Shown here: in pieces, positions 36,780-51,200 of the stretch | Layout: every line of letters begins with the position of its first letter | Position numbering within the stretch: the first letter of the stretch is position 1 | DNA from: Leucoraja ocellata | Lineage: Eukaryota | NCBI GenBank assembly: GCA_036785375.1 | Contig: JAWMAR010000201.1 | Location: 124,001-188,000 of the forward strand | Length of the DNA stretch: 64,000 bases | Direction of reading: 5' to 3' | Program-made: the position numbers and the translations under genes | The notes under the pieces: generated by a model | Databases searched by the model: none | Seen by the model: the letters and a program-made list of their open reading frames with translations, nothing else | What the model was told of the DNA's origin: nothing

Positions 36780-37620
36780 GTTTCCTGAAGTCGACAATTA
36801 GCACCTTCATCTTGCAGACATTGAGGGAGAGGGTATTGTTGGATATGGCGAGTCTTGAATGTGGTGACATAGTCACAAGGTAATGGGCTGGTTAGTTCGT
36901 TAGTTTTAGTTTATAGTCATGTATACCGAGGTAGAATAAAAAGATTTTCTTGCGTGCTAACCAGTCAGCGGAAATACAATACATAACTACAAATCGAGCC
37001 ATTCACAGTGTGCAGATATATACACGATAAAGGGAATAATGTTTAGTGCAAAATAAAGTCCAGTAAAATCCGATTAAACACTGTCTAGTCTGCAGTTCTC
37101 CAATGAAGTAGATAGTGGCTCAGTGCTGTTCTCCAGTTGTTGATGGAATGGTTAGATTGCCTGATAAGAATAGTTCAGTTGCTGTGAAGAAACTGTCCCT
37201 GAATCTGGAGGTGAGCATTTGAACATCTGTACATCTTGCCTGATGGGAGAGAGGGGAGAACAGAGAGTACCCTGGGTGTGACTTCTCCTTGATTATGCTG
37301 CTAACATTGCCGATGCAGTGTGAAGTGTATATTGAGTCAATGGGTTGGTTTGTGCGATGGTCTGGGCTGCATCTACAATTCTCAGCAATTTCTTGCGGTC
37401 TTGCATGGAGCTGTTCCCAAACCATGCTGTGATCCTTCCTGATAAAATGCTTTCAACAACACACCTGTATAATCTGGTGAAGGTTGTTGGGGACATGCCA
37501 ATCCTCCTTCACCTTCGAAGGATGTAGAGACGTTGGCGTGCTTTCTTGTCCATTGCTTCGATATGGCTGGTCCAGGACAAGTTGTTGATGATATTTACTC
37601 TTAGGAACTTGAAGCTTTGG
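36780..37620 (-). mobile_element. Rex-Babar LINE fragments
   Basis: YRCVVESILSGRITAWFGNSS. Confidence 0.7.
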
Positions 37621-38399
37621 CTTGGTCAATTAAAAAGTGTGCATAGAAATATCTTCTCACAGAGGATTGCTGGAATCTCTACCTCAGAGAGTTATGGAGA
37701 TCATTTAAAGTATTCAAATTGGAGACATAATTGTCTGAAAGATCAGGGAAATGAGCTTCATTGAGAAATTACATAGAATAGGAGTTGAGTCCTGTATTAG
37801 ATCAGTCATGAATGTATTGAATTGCAGGGTAGGCTTGAGAGGCCATTTTCTTCAGTGTTCTCATGTATATTTCACAGAAAAACTTGCCTATTTTGGCCTG
37901 TACCAGCACACATCACTACAATTTTGACTTGGATAAAGTGAATGGAAAGGTTCAATTTGAAGGGACTCGACAGCAGAGAAAGGGTTGAGTCAAGGTGAGA
38001 AGAGGAAAGTTTAGCTGGGCAAGAACAGGCTGAAACAATGGGCCTGCCTGTGCAGTCCAGCTATAGATCTTAGCAGCAAAGTAGAAATGGGTTGTGCAGG
38101 CTATGGCACCAAGATTGGAAGCTGTGGAGGGAAGGGGTTCTGAAGAGAGCTCTGTGACTCTGTGGATTTGATGGAATGGTTGTGTCCCAGAGGAGGTATC
38201 AGGTGTCTGAGAGCTGAATCTAGGCTTCTGCACCACAGAGATCAGTTTACCAGACCACAAAGGAACCACTGTTGTGAGTATGTTTCATAATAATACTAGG
38301 ATTGGTTAATTTGTGAGTTGAATGCTGCAAGTTTAATAAGAGGAAAGATAGTTTGTGAAAAAAGTAGAAAACAGCATAAGAATATCCCCATTGGCCAAT

Positions 38400-39110
38400 A
38401 GTGTCTGTACCTAGCATGCAACCAAGATAAACTAATTCCATCTACCTGCACATGATAGCGCTCCTCTCAATCCGTGCAGATCCAAGTGGCTATCTAAAAG
38501 CCTCTTAAATGCTGCATGCGTCCATCACTATTTCTGCCAGAATATTTCTGATACTCACCACCCTCTGTGTCACCAAATTGTCATGCATATCTCCTTAAAA
38601 CTTTGACCTTCTCATTTTAAAGCTATGACTTCTAGTCTTTGACAATGCCACCTTGCAAAAAAAGGTTCTAACTGTCTACCTTATCAATGCCTCTTATAAT
38701 CCTATATAATTCTATCAGATCATTCCTCAGCCTCTGATATTTCAGAGAAATCAATTCAAGTTTGTCCAACATCTCCCTATTGCTAATACCACCTAACCCA
38801 GACATCATTCTGGTAAATCTCTTCTGCACCATTTTTAAGCCCCCGCATCTTTCTTGTAATGGGGCGACCAGAACTGCATACTCCAAATACAACCTCACCA
38901 AAGTTGTATAAAGCTGCGACATGACTTCCTTGACCGGTTGCAGACAAAGTCATGCCGACTTTCCCTAAATAATCAATTCCCTTCCATGGGATGAATCCAA
39001 TCCTTCTCCAATAGATTCCTTGCCACTGATGTGAGGCTCAGCAGCCTATAATTCCCTGCACTGACTCTACCTCCCTCCTTAGACTAAGGAACAACATTGG
39101 CTACTGTCCA
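38400..39110 (-). mobile_element. old CR1 fragments
   Basis: LYTTLVRLYLEY..VQKRFTRMM..DLIELYRIIRGIDKVD. Confidence 0.7.
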
Positions 39111-39374
39111 GTCATCTGTGGATAGAGAGGTTGCAAAAAGCTCTGTCAAGGTCTATTCAATCGTCTCTCTTGCTTTTTTTTTTAATAACATAGGATAGCT
39201 ATTGGAATTTAACCGTCTGAATGCCCTTCGAGAGTCCTAATGCCACTTCCTCAAACTGCCCTTATATATTAATATTCTCCACACTATTCTCACTGTGCTC
39301 CGTATTCTTCTTGTTTATGAATACATAGGTAAAGTACTATGGTGGGGGGGGGGGAATGGGGAAAAGGAAACCGG

Positions 39375-40890
39375 GGCTGCATCTGCACCCAGAATGAGGT
39401 GTTCCAGACCAGGGCATCGGAGAAGTCCCCATTCTTTTGGGAACAGGTGTTCCCCTCTGCTATTATAGATGAGGCTCCCACCAGGGTCTCCTCTATATCC
39501 CGCAGCTCTGCTCTCACTCCCCATTCCCCTACTCATAACAAGGACAGAGACCCCCCTTGTCCTCACCTTCTACCCTACCAGCCGGCATATACAACATATA
39601 ATCTCCCTAGACATGAACACCTCATTCTGGGTGCAGATGCGGCATAGACGGAGGAATTGGGAGTCAAATTGGGAGTCGAGGATAGAGTCCTTACAGGGAG
39701 CAGGATGGGAAGAAGTGTCGTCCAGAGAGCCATGGGAGTCAATGGGTTTGTAGTCCAGACAGCCATGGAAGTCAATGGGTTTCTACTACAAACCCACCGA
39801 CTCCCATGATTCTCTGGATTATAGTTCCTCCCACCCTGCTTCCCGTAAGAACTCTATCCCCTACTCCCAATTCCTCCATCTACACCGCATCTGCATCCAG
39901 AATGAGGTGTTCCAGACCAGGGCATCGAAGATGTCCTCATTCTTTAGGGAACGGGGGTTCCCCTCAGACTATAGATGAGGCTCTCACCAGGGTCTCCTCT
40001 ATATCCCGCAGCTCCGCTCTCACTCCACATTCCCTACCCATAGCAAGGACAGAGTCCCCCTTGTCCTCACCTTCCACCCTACCATCCGTCGCATTCAACA
40101 TATAATCCTCCGACATTTTCGCCACCTCCAACGGGATCCCACCACTGGCCACATCTTGTCATCTCCTCCCTTTTCTGCTTTCCGCAGAGACCATTCCCTC
40201 CGTAACTCCCTGGTCAATTTGTCCCTTCCCACCTAAACCACCCCCTCCCCTGATACTTTCCCTTGCAAATGCAGGAAATACTACACTTGTCACTTTACCT
40301 CCCCCTTCAACTCCATCCAAGTGACCAAGCAGTCTTTCCAGATGAGGCAGAGGTTCACCTGAACCTCCTCCAACCTCATCAACTGCATCCGTTGCTCCAG
40401 GTGTCAACTTCTCTACATTGGTGAGACCAAGCACAGACTTGGCGATTGCTTTGCCCAACACCTCCGCTCAGTTTGCAATAATCAACCTGATCTCCTGGTG
40501 GCTCAGCACTTCAACTCCCCCTCCCGTTCCGAATTTGACCTTTCTGGCCTGGGCCTCCGCCATTGCCAGAGTGAGGCCCAGCGCAAATTGGAGGAACAGC
40601 ACCTCATATTTCGCTTGGGTAGTTTACATGCCAGTGGTGTGAACATTGACTTCTCCAATTTCAGGTAGTCCTTGATTTCTCCCTCCTTCCTGCCCTTCCC
40701 GGCTCTCTCCCAAGACTACTGTCTCCGCCTCTTCCTTTCCATTTCCCCGCACCCCCCGACATCAGTTTGAAGAAGGGTCTGGACCCAAAACATTGCCTAT
40801 TCCTTCTCTCCATAGATGCTGTCTCACCCGCTGAGTTTCTCCAGCATATTTGTCTACTGATTTATCCAGCATCTGCAGTTCTTTCTTAGG
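39375..40890 (+). mobile_element. Penelope-like element, rearranged 3' part with GIY-YIG endonuclease
   Basis: SIPYSQFLHLHRIC and SSNLINCIRCSRCQLLYIGETKHRLGD. Direct repeat 39378-39608/39888-40110 and inverted copy 39612-39755. Confidence 0.85.
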
Positions 40891-42301
40891 CAAAGTACTT
40901 AGTTAGTACTTCACCTACATCCTCTGATGCCAAGAACACATGTCCTTCTGTATTCTTGAGTGGTCCTACCTTCTTCCTGGTTACCTTGTTGATTTAATAT
41001 ACATATAAAAAGCATTACGATTTTCTTCAACCCAACTTACGTCAGTTCTAATCACCTACTTGAGTTCATTCCTACTTGCTTTATATTCCTCAATATCAAG
41101 AGATTGAATGAAATAGTCAGGGTGAGAGCAGTCGGTTAGTTGTGCTTCCTCTGCTCATGGTGAGATCAGTTCCTGTTTCTTTACTTCCTTTTTCAGAAGA
41201 TATCCGGACCTTAGAACTCAAACCTCAAGATGTGGGGGCTCTTCTCAAGAAGTGTTGTCTGCCTGTTCTGTGCCTACCTTTTTGCCAGATGTTTGGGTAA
41301 TGTCAAGTTTTAGAGTTTGATTCTGATTATAGAGCGGTGAAATATGTGTGAGCGATGTGAGGTTTATAGTGCTTGCAGGGGCCATTCATCATGGTGACAT
41401 CCTCCCTTTGCTTGTTCACACCTTTGCATGTAAATTGCTTACTTGCTCTTTGTCTCTCCCATTCTTTCACACTTTTTCCTCTGTCCCTCTCTAGGTCTTG
41501 ATCTCATTCCATCTCACTTAGTCTCTCTCTATATCTCACTTAATCCACAGACGTTCTATATCTTTGTTCGCCACTTTGACCATGTTTGTTGGTTCCTAAA
41601 CACCTCAAACATCTCTGTAGGACAGACTGTCTTTCCCTTTGTTGCCCCCTCTCTCTCATTCTCTCTTCCTCCTTTTATTCCTCTCTCTCCCTCATGGTCT
41701 CCCTCTGTATACGTATCGGACGTTCAGCACCATTTTATGTTTCACATAATTCTGTTCATTAGTTCTGATCACCTTACCACTTCCTGCCACCATTTGATAG
41801 AGTGCATGACTCGAGTTCGCTTATCATATCCTGACAGACCTTTAATGTGGCGTCTACATGGAGGTATCTTTACAGACTTAAGTACGACTTCTTCCCCATG
41901 GCTCTCAATTTCCTGAACCTTTAATGTCTTTCACACCCCCTTCCCTGAGCTGCTGTCATGTACTCTTGTACCTAATTCTACCTCAATTGGTTATTTTGTT
42001 ATTGCATTTTAGTATTTTTCGTACGTCTTCAGTTTACACAAAAATCTTTGCACAAATCTGCGGATTTGCATACATTATTGTATTTGGATTGTCGTTATTC
42101 TCTTTGTCGTTTACTCTGTGAGCTTCATGCGAACTTGAAACTTCATTGCCCCTGGTGTATATGGCATAAACTAATCTGAATCTTGGGTTTCAAAGGCAGT
42201 GAGTTACTGCCTGGGTTCAGGGTCACACTTGACCGCATTTCTCTTGCCTCAGAAAAATCCATCACTTCTGGTTGTCAGCTGCAAGGTGGGAGTTGCACTA
42301 T

Positions 42302-42605
42302 ACATAGAAACATAGAAAATAGGTGCAGCAGTAGGCCATTCGGCCCTTCGAGCCTGCACCGCCATTCAATATGATCATGGCTGATCATCCAACTCAGTAT
42401 CCTGTACCTGCCTTCTCTCCATACCCCCTGATCCCTTTAGCCACAAGGGCCACATCTAACTCCCTCTTAAATATAGCCAATGAACTGGCCTCAACTACCT
42501 TCTGTGGCAGAGAATTCAAGAGATTCACCACTCTTTGTGTGAAAAATGTTTTCCTCATCTCAGTCCTAAAAGATTTCCCCCTTATCCTTAAAATGTGACC
42601 CCTTC
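42302..42605 (-). mobile_element. CR1 3' end
   Basis: catagaaacatagaaa tail; FFTQRVVNL. Confidence 0.9.
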
Positions 42606-42724
42606 TTCTGAACTTCCAGAACAAGGGGTCACTTCCTATAGTGACCAATGATACCAGACATGGAGGTCACCAGTTGATTTATGACCAGCACACAGAGGAA
42701 TCCTGACAATAATGACAAGTGATA

Positions 42725-43035
42725 AGAGCAGAATTAGGCCATTTGGCCCATCAAGTCTACTCTGCCATTCGATCATGGCTGATCCATCTCTACCTCATAA
42801 CCCCATTCTCCCCATAACCTCTGACACCCGTACTAATCAAGATTCTATCTATCTCTGCCTTAAATATATCCACTGACTTTCCCTCAATGAAGTCCCCCCT
42901 CATTCTTCTAAAGTCCAGTGAGTATAGGCCCAGTGCCGTCAAACGATCATTATATGTTAACCTATTAATTCCTGGGATCAATCTTGTAAACCTCCTCTCG
43001 ACCCTCTCCAGAGCCAGAACATCCTTCCTCAGATA
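42725..43035 (-). mobile_element. CR1 fragments
   Basis: IPGINRLTY..LGLYSL.FRRMRGD. Confidence 0.75.
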
Positions 43036-43039
43036 TAGC

Positions 43040-43775
43040 TCCAGAGGTGCTGCTGCAGCTGACGCCTTCCAGAGGTGCCCATGAGAAGCCGAGGCTGGAC
43101 CCTCATGGGCTGGGCCTCGTGGGCCGGTGTCTCGCCGGCTGGAGCGTGAGCCGGAACCTTGTGGGTCAAAGTTGGAGCCTTGCGGGTCGGAGGTAGAGTC
43201 TCAAGGGTTGGAGTCTGAGCCTCGCAGGTCAGAACCTCACGGGGCGTAGTCTCGCGGGTCAGAGGTGGAGCCTCGCGTGTCGACGAAGCCACGCGGACAA
43301 TGGTGTCTGGGTCAGAGGAGCCTGCGGTTGGGACCTGGGTCAGAGGAGCCTGCGGTTGGGACCTGGGTCAGTGCCACAGAGGCCTCAAGAGAGGACCCGG
43401 TGGTGATAATGGACAGGTCGGAGCGGCGGTCGATGATGGCACCGACTGACCTATGAGGACAGACACGTGGAAGTGTGGACGCCACTGCTGAGGGAATTAA
43501 CAAAGAACGACCGGGCATGAGGGGACCTCCTTGAGGGAGGGGGAAGAACAATGGTACCCGGCGTGGGGGGAAAGGGCTTGGCATGAGGGACAGGGCAGAA
43601 CAATGGATATTGCAGAACCTGCCGTGAGGGGGGAGAAAAACGGGGACCTGGTGAGGGGGTACTTTGTAACTTTGTAAGCACCTTTTAGTGGCGACTATTT
43701 GCATACCTTGGTTGGGCAAACAAACAATTTCACTGTGACTCGTCACGTCTGACAATAAAGTGTTCAATTCAATTC
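43040..43775 (+). mobile_element. GC-rich non-coding retroposon with short internal tandem repeats and a Rex/L2-like tail
   Basis: ctgggtcagaggagcctgcggttgggac repeated; ends aatttcactgtgac..gacaataaag..(caatt)n. Confidence 0.45.
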
Positions 43776-44900
43776 ACAATATTTCAAATGTGGCCGGAGT
43801 CCATCCCTATTTATGTGTACGACCCCTCATGAAATAAATACTAGCATTGCATTTGAATTCTTTACTGCCGATTCAACTTGCAGATTAACTTTTTGGGAAT
43901 ATTGCACCAGCACTCCAAAGTCCCTTTGCACCTCCGATTTCTGGATTCTCTCCACATTTAGAAAATAGTCTACACCTTAATTACACTATATTCCATCTTC
44001 CACTTCTCTGCCCACTCTCCCTACCTTTCCTAATCCTTCTGCAGAATCCCAGCTTTCTCTACATTACCGGCCCCTCCACCTATTTTTCACATCCACAAAC
44101 CTGGCCACAAAGCCTTCAATCCCTACATCCAAATCATAGCTGAATGGTAACTGTCACCTCCAGTTGCTTCCAATTACTAGAGGAGGTGGGTGTTGCTTTA
44201 TGTTTTCTCTGCCAGATACTTGACCACTCACTGACTTGCTTGGATCCCATAACATTTCTCACATTTGCGCATTGAGGAATACATGGAGCAGAATACCTGC
44301 TGGCAAGCACATCTTTCATAGGTCAACAGGAGGAACGCATCAATAGCATTATATGGCAGAATGACACCTATGCCTGGCCCATACAGAACCAAATATGACA
44401 ACCTTTCCCTCTGATGACACAAGAATGGCTGCGGGCAAAGGGAATGCAACGGGCTGATATGGGGCATCCATGATGCATTCCTGTTTCAAAGTGAAGCGCG
44501 CGGTCCATCCACATCCTGAAGGTGTGCAGATTTGTACGTTCATTGGCCTCTGTAAAATTGCTCCTAATGTTCAGGCAGTGGATGAGCAAGTGAGATTGTA
44601 TACAACTCGTGTGAATGACTGATCGATGGACGGAGTGAACTCGTTGGGCCGAAGGGTCTGTTTCCTTGCTGTAAAAAAGTGAAGGGTGCTTTCAGGAGCC
44701 CGTTTACAATCACCAACAGAATCTGCACCCTGTTCCCTCCGTGGGCTCACTGATGCAGGGACTGTGGGCTGGGTATCTCACGGAGCCGGGAGCCAGACGA
44801 TGGGCCGCATGGCCTGCTCCTGTGCTCTGTGATTCTCCCAGCTCCGTTTCCTCCTCCAGTCACTGAGCTGTCCTACTGACTGCCTCTCTTGTCTCCACAG

Positions 44901-45218
44901 CTGGGACTGGGGCCGCCGCTGGCACCGTGACCGGAGCTCGGGGACACTCGGTCTCCTTACCTGCTGGGATCACAGTCACACCGAACATTACGGAAGTGAC
45001 GTGGAGGCAGAAATCGCCCAGATTCAAGATAGCGGAATGCTCGAATGGGAAGATGAATTACTTTCACATCAATTACATGGGACGGGTAACTCTTCACCGC
45101 AGGAACTTCAGTTTGGAAATCCGTGATCTACGGGGAGAGGACGCGGGTGAATATGAGGTGACTTTTGGAACAAGTTCAGGAGATGAAACTCAGGCAATAG
45201 TCCGACTGGAGGTGTACG
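44901..45218 (+). CDS. Gene B V-set Ig exon without the canonical B-F disulfide
   Basis: G.SVSLP..VTW..GRVTL..NFSLEIRDLRGEDAGEYEV..VRLEVY; tctccacag acceptor, G|GTGAGT donor. Confidence 0.92.
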
Positions 45219-48200
45219 GTGAGTGAGACTGCCACAGAGGTCCCGGGTTTCACTGGCTGCTCAACCCGTCTAATTAATGGGTGAGGGCAGATCCTGTGCA
45301 TTCCCCAGTTTACTGAACCCCACTGACTGCCAGTGTGCGGAGTGGGGGTCACGGCCATAGTGCGACTGGGGCAGTGCCAGGCTGGGGGACAGACCCATCA
45401 CATCCCTGGAGGCTGGACCAGGGGCCGCCACGGAACAAACCATCAACGGGGAACCGCTTAGCTCGGAGGCTGGCGGAGCTGAGCACATGGGGAGGGAGAA
45501 ATTGATAGGGTGGGAGGGGTAGTTTAGTTGAGCCGAACAGTCTGTATCTCTGAGACCTAGTTAAACAGATCCCACTGTATCCACAGGTCAAAAGCCTTGT
45601 ATGTTATGTTCAGGGATCCCAGTTGTTCCATCTGTCTCCCACAGCTCTGCCTGTTCATTCCCAAGACTGGGGAGTGAGTTCAGCAAGGTTCTTATTCCTC
45701 AGCCTCCATGCTCTGCTTTGCTGAGCGTTGTCCTGTGTATTTATTCCACAGAACATACTGTCCCAATGAGTGAGGCAGTACTCGTACAAAACAGCACACT
45801 CACACCCAGGAATATTGTTCCTATCTCACTCTTACAATAATATGTGTTCTGGAAGGTTAGATCGCATGGGATCCAAGGAGAGATAGCTGAATGGATAGCA
45901 AATTGGCTCCATGGAAGGAAGCAGAGGGTGATGGTGGAAGGTTGCTTCTCGGACTGGAGGCCTGTGACTAGTGGTGTGCCTCACAGTTCTGTGCTGGGCC
46001 CGTTACAGTTTGTCATCTACATCAATGATTTGGATGAGAACATACAGGGCAAGATTACAAGTTTGCTGATACAAAAGTGAAATGGTTTTGCAGATGGTGA
46101 AGATGGAATTTAATACAGAGAAGTGTGAGGTGTTGCATTTTGGGACATCGAACAAGGGCAGGATCTACACAGTAAATGGTAGGCCTCTGGGGAGTGTTGT
46201 AAAGCAGAGGGATCTAGGAGTGCAGGTACATGGTTCTTTGAAGGTCGAGTCACAGGTAGTTATGGTGGTCAAAGAGACATTTGGCACATTGGCCTTCATC
46301 AGTCAGAGTATTGAGTATAGAAGTTGGGAGGTCATGTTGCAGTTGTATAAGACGTTGGTGAGACCGCATATTGTTTTCAGTTCTGGGCACCATGTTACAG
46401 GAAAGATATTGTCAAGCTTGAAAGGGTTCAGAAAAGATTTACGATGACGCTGCCAGAACTAGAGGATGTGAGCTGTTGGGAGAGGTTGAGTAGGCTGGGT
46501 CTCTATTCCATGGAGCACAGGAGGATGAGGGGAGATCTTATAGAGGTGTACAAAATCATGAGAGGAATAGATCGGGGAGATGCACAGAGTTTCTTACCCA
46601 GAGTAGGGGAATCGAGGACCAGAGGACATAGGTTCACGGTGAAGGGGAAAATAATCTGAGGGGTAACATTTTAACCCAAAGGGTGGTGGGTGTATGGAAC
46701 AAGCTGCCGGAGGAGGTAGTTGAGGCTGGGACTATCCCATTGTTTAAGAAACAGTTAGACAGGTACATGGATAGGACAGGTTTGGAGGGATATGGACCAA
46801 GCGCAGGCAAGTGGGACTAGTGTAGCCGGGGCAAGTTGGGCCGAAGGGCCTGTTTCCACACTGTATCACTCTATGACTCCGACTCTGTATAATGTTCACA
46901 ATAATCTCACCCAGTAGCGTCTGGCTGGAGTCTGGCTGGGAAATCTTCCCTCCTTCATCCCAGGGTTAACCAGTTCCCATGGTTGGGAGGAGAACATCAG
47001 AGCATGGAACATGAGCAGGAGGAGGCTATTTGGCCCTTCAAGCTTGCTCCCCACTCATTGAGATCAGCGCTGGTCTGACCTTGGCCTCAGCTCAACTTTC
47101 CTGCTTATTATTGCACCTCAATATTTCTGCGCTATTCCAGTATTATTGGGGACTTTCTCTTGCACCATTCCACTGTATTGTGCCAGTCGTATTTATTATT
47201 CTCTTATTGTTACTAAACACACTGCTTACTCCATGTCATGTAAGCAAGGAATTTCATTGCATCTTGACCAGATGATAATATATTAATCTGAATCTGGCGA
47301 TTGATTGATTGGTTGATGATTTCTTGTTACATACACTTGGTACAGAGAAATTCTTTGTTTTGCATATAATACACACATACGCAAAGAGTCTCCACATATA
47401 GGGTGCCGACAAGGTTACATAGAATAGAATAGAATAGTTTCTTTATTGTCATTGTAACATGGGCCATGTACAACGAAATTTAAAATGTCAGCCAGTCAGT
47501 GCAGCATTCAAACATTTCTAAAGCTAACGCTACATCCACGGTAAAATAATAAAGATAAACAAATAAATAAATATCACGGACAAAGCAAGCATACACACCC
47601 AACCCTCCATCCTTCTGTCGATTTCACAGTTACCACAGTCCCTTAGTCTGTGTCGCCCCTCCGTTCCTTGGCGGCTACATTTAGTGCTTTTATAGCAGTG
47701 GGGTAAAAACAGTTTTTTAGTCTATTTGTCCTTGTCCTTGTGGATCTGTACCGTCTGCCTGACGGCAACAGTTCAAACAGGGAGTGTCCGGGGTGGGAAA
47801 TGTCCTTTATTATATTCTGGGTTTTTTTGGTGCAGCGGGAACTGTGTAAGTCCTCCAAGGTAAGGAGAGGGCAGCCGACAATCCTCTGGGCATTGTCAAT
47901 GGCCCTCTGGAGCGCTTTCCTCTGAGCCGCTGTGCAGCTGGTGTACCACACGCATACACAGTATGTTAGTATGCTCTCAATGGAGCACCGATAAAAGGAC
48001 AGCAGCAGTCTCTGAGTGATGTTGTTCTTCCTGAGCACCCTCAGGAAGTGCAGTCTCTGCTGGACCTTTTTCAGCAGCGCAGTGGTGTTCACGCTCCACG
48101 TCAGGTCCTCCTCAATATGGATTCCCAGGAAGCGGAAATCCGCCACCCTCTCTACACAGTCCCCTCTGATAGTCAGTGGTACCATGTCCGTTTTGTTCTT

Positions 48201-51200
48201 CCTGAAGTCTATTATTACTTCCTTTGTCTTTGAGGTGTTGAGGAGCAGGTTATTTTCTTCGCACCACACTGTCAGCTGCTCCACCTCATCCCGGTAGGCA
48301 TACTCGTACCCCCCGGAGATGAGTCCCACCACTGTAGTGTCATCCGCAAATTTGACAATGGTGTTGCTGTGGTGGGCGGGGGCGCAGTCATGTGTGTAGA
48401 TGGTGTAGAGCAGGGGGCTCAGTACGCAGCCCTGTGGAGAGCCGGTACTGAGGCTGAGGGCCGTGGATGTGTGATGGCCCACTCTGACTCTCTGGCTGCG
48501 ACCCGACAGGAAGCTATTTATCCACGTACAGGTGGAGTGTGGAAGTCCCAAGTCCCCCAGTTTGTCCACCAGTTTGTGGGGAAGGATGGTATTAAAAGCA
48601 GAGCTGTAGTCCACAAAGAGCATCCGCACGTAGCTCCCCCGCTGCTCCAGGTGAGACAGTGCAGCATGGAGGATGTTATACGTTATCAATATAGTCCTGA
48701 TGGTCCCTCGTTGCTCTTGGTGCCCCCACACTCACCCACCCCCCCATGCCGGATCCCTCTTTGTTCGGAATCAGATTCGGAATCTGAATCCATTGTACAC
48801 ATTCCCGCCTTCCCTCCAGAACAAAGTTCTATCTGACTTGGCCTTAAATACTTTTACCGACTTGGCCTCCACAGCTCTCCAAGGGAGAATTCCACTGATT
48901 TCCAACCCTCAGAGAGAAGGAATTTCTCAATTTCTCCATCTGACAAGGACAGCCCCTTATCCTGAATCTCTAATCCACGATCCCACTCCTCCTGCCTCTG
49001 TTTCTTGTCCTCCCCCCACTGGGGGTCGTTTCTCTCAGTCCCCTCTGCCCATACCGATCAATACGTTAAAAATGTCCATCAGGTGTGAAAGAGACATGGG
49101 GACCACTCACTCACAGGAGTGACAAAATACATGGAACTGAGGAGAATTCCCAACATACAGAGCCATGAAACCTGTGCAGACTGGAGATTTTACAGACATC
49201 TTCAACCTCTCATTACTGAAGTCTGAAGTTCCCACCTGCTTTAAGAGGGCATCAATAATAAAAATTCTAGTAAGGCGACATACTCTTCCAAAAGAGTAAG
49301 GCAATATGCCTCAATGACTATCGATCTGTGGCACTAACATCCGTGGCGATGAAGTGCATTGAGAGATTGGTTACGGTGCATATCAACTCCTACCTCAACA
49401 AGAACCTCAACCCATTACCATATGCGAACTGCAAATTTTTCATGTTTATTATATTATTTACAGATGTTTACTATGTTTACATATTCTGTTGTGCTCCTGA
49501 ATGTAAGAATTTCATTGTTCTATATGGGGCATATGATAATATCACACTTTTGAATCTTGGCTGTAAACAGGACACAGTGGAGAGTTTGTGGATGAGTGCG
49601 GGCAGTGGTCGGGAAGGGGGCGCAGCATGTGTGGACTTCCTCCAGCAACAACTGTCTGAACTGAAGGGGGAGGGAATAGATAAACTGGTGGGTGGAAATG
49701 AGCTGGGATCAGCCTAACATTCACTCATCGCTGTTGGAGACCGGTTGTTGGGTATCGAGGGGTCCACAAGGATCTCCTTTACTCATCTTTCTTCTCTCTG
49801 CCCCAACCTCAGAGCCCGTGGCAGGAACACAGATCAAGGCTGAGAACACCACCGAGATCTGCAACTTCAACCTGACCTGCTTCGTGACCTCTGGTGGCCC
49901 CATCAACTTCACGTGGTGGAAGGAAGCTTCGGGAAACGCCAACACCCATCACCTCGAGGGACATGGAAAGACAATACAGGTTCATCACACAGCAGAGGTC
50001 GGGGACGTTGTGTACAGGTGTGACGCCACGAACCCGGTTAGTGAGGGCACAGCACAGATCCGGCTGAGGGATATCTGTAAACAGACCGCATCTGGTGAGT
50101 GTCAAAGTGAGGATCCCAGGTTATTGGGAGGACAGTAGTTTATTTGTTCATTGGGACAATGTATTGGGAGTGTGTGATGGGACAATGTGGAGGGAACTTC
50201 ACTCTATCTAATCCATGCCTCAGGCAGGGCCGGATTTAGATGAAGAGAGGCCCTAAGCTGTTCCACTTGTGGGGCCCCTCCCAATCCCCCACCTCCACGA
50301 CGAGAGGAAGATGGTCCACCAGATTGACACCGATTTGCAGCCGAGCGTGGCCAATGAGATAAGGGGCTGGAAAACGGCGCTTATTTGTTTATTTATTTAT
50401 TGCCAGTGCTAGTGTCGAGTTATTGGCTTAAAACACTATTATTCTGAAATGGAGGGCAAGGAAAATTACTGAAGGGTTGTTTAGAGACTACGGTGCGTTG
50501 TGACAGCATGTGTAAGAAAGGCCTATGACAGTGTCAAAAATATTATACACCTTGCAGGGTTCTCACTTCACTTTTTTTCTCTGGTGTCAGCCGGGCAATC
50601 TTGGCAGCTTTTTAAGTTGCGAAATGACAGTTTAGGTGGTCATTTAAGGCGGCTTGCATGACGCATGCGATAATGTGGTCGAACGAAGTGCGTAGTTACC
50701 AGTCGGAATTATGCTCAATGAAGCATTCACATATTATTTCTGCTTCAAATAAAGTCACAAACTAAACATATTCACAAATTAAGCCATGATGACATGCAGC
50801 AAAATTATAATACAGTATCTCAACTCGTTTTACACTTTGCAATGAATGCAATTTCTATTATTTCTTTCCACTTCCAAACAAAGATGTGGTTGGATTATTC
50901 AGCATATGATCAACCTTAGTCTTAAATGTCCTCTCCTTTATTCTAAGACTGCGGCCCCTTGTTCTGGTTCTTGATATACACACATCAATAAACTGATAAA
51001 GTGCAATGGGCTGTTATAGGTCAGAGTTTGTTTGAAGTTGTGTTTAATAGTCTGATAGCGGTGGGGACAAGCTGTTCCTGAACCTAGATGTTGTAGATTT
51101 CAGGCTCCTGTACTTTCTACCTGATGGCAGCGGGGAGATGAGGGTGTGGCCAGGATGATGTGGGTCCTTGATGATGCTGGCAACTTTTTTGAGGCAGCGA

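Noticed and set aside
41130-41200. ATG|GTGAGA as candidate leader exon for gene B
   Set aside because: Phase 0 and no signal peptide, whereas the V exon needs a phase-1 upstream exon
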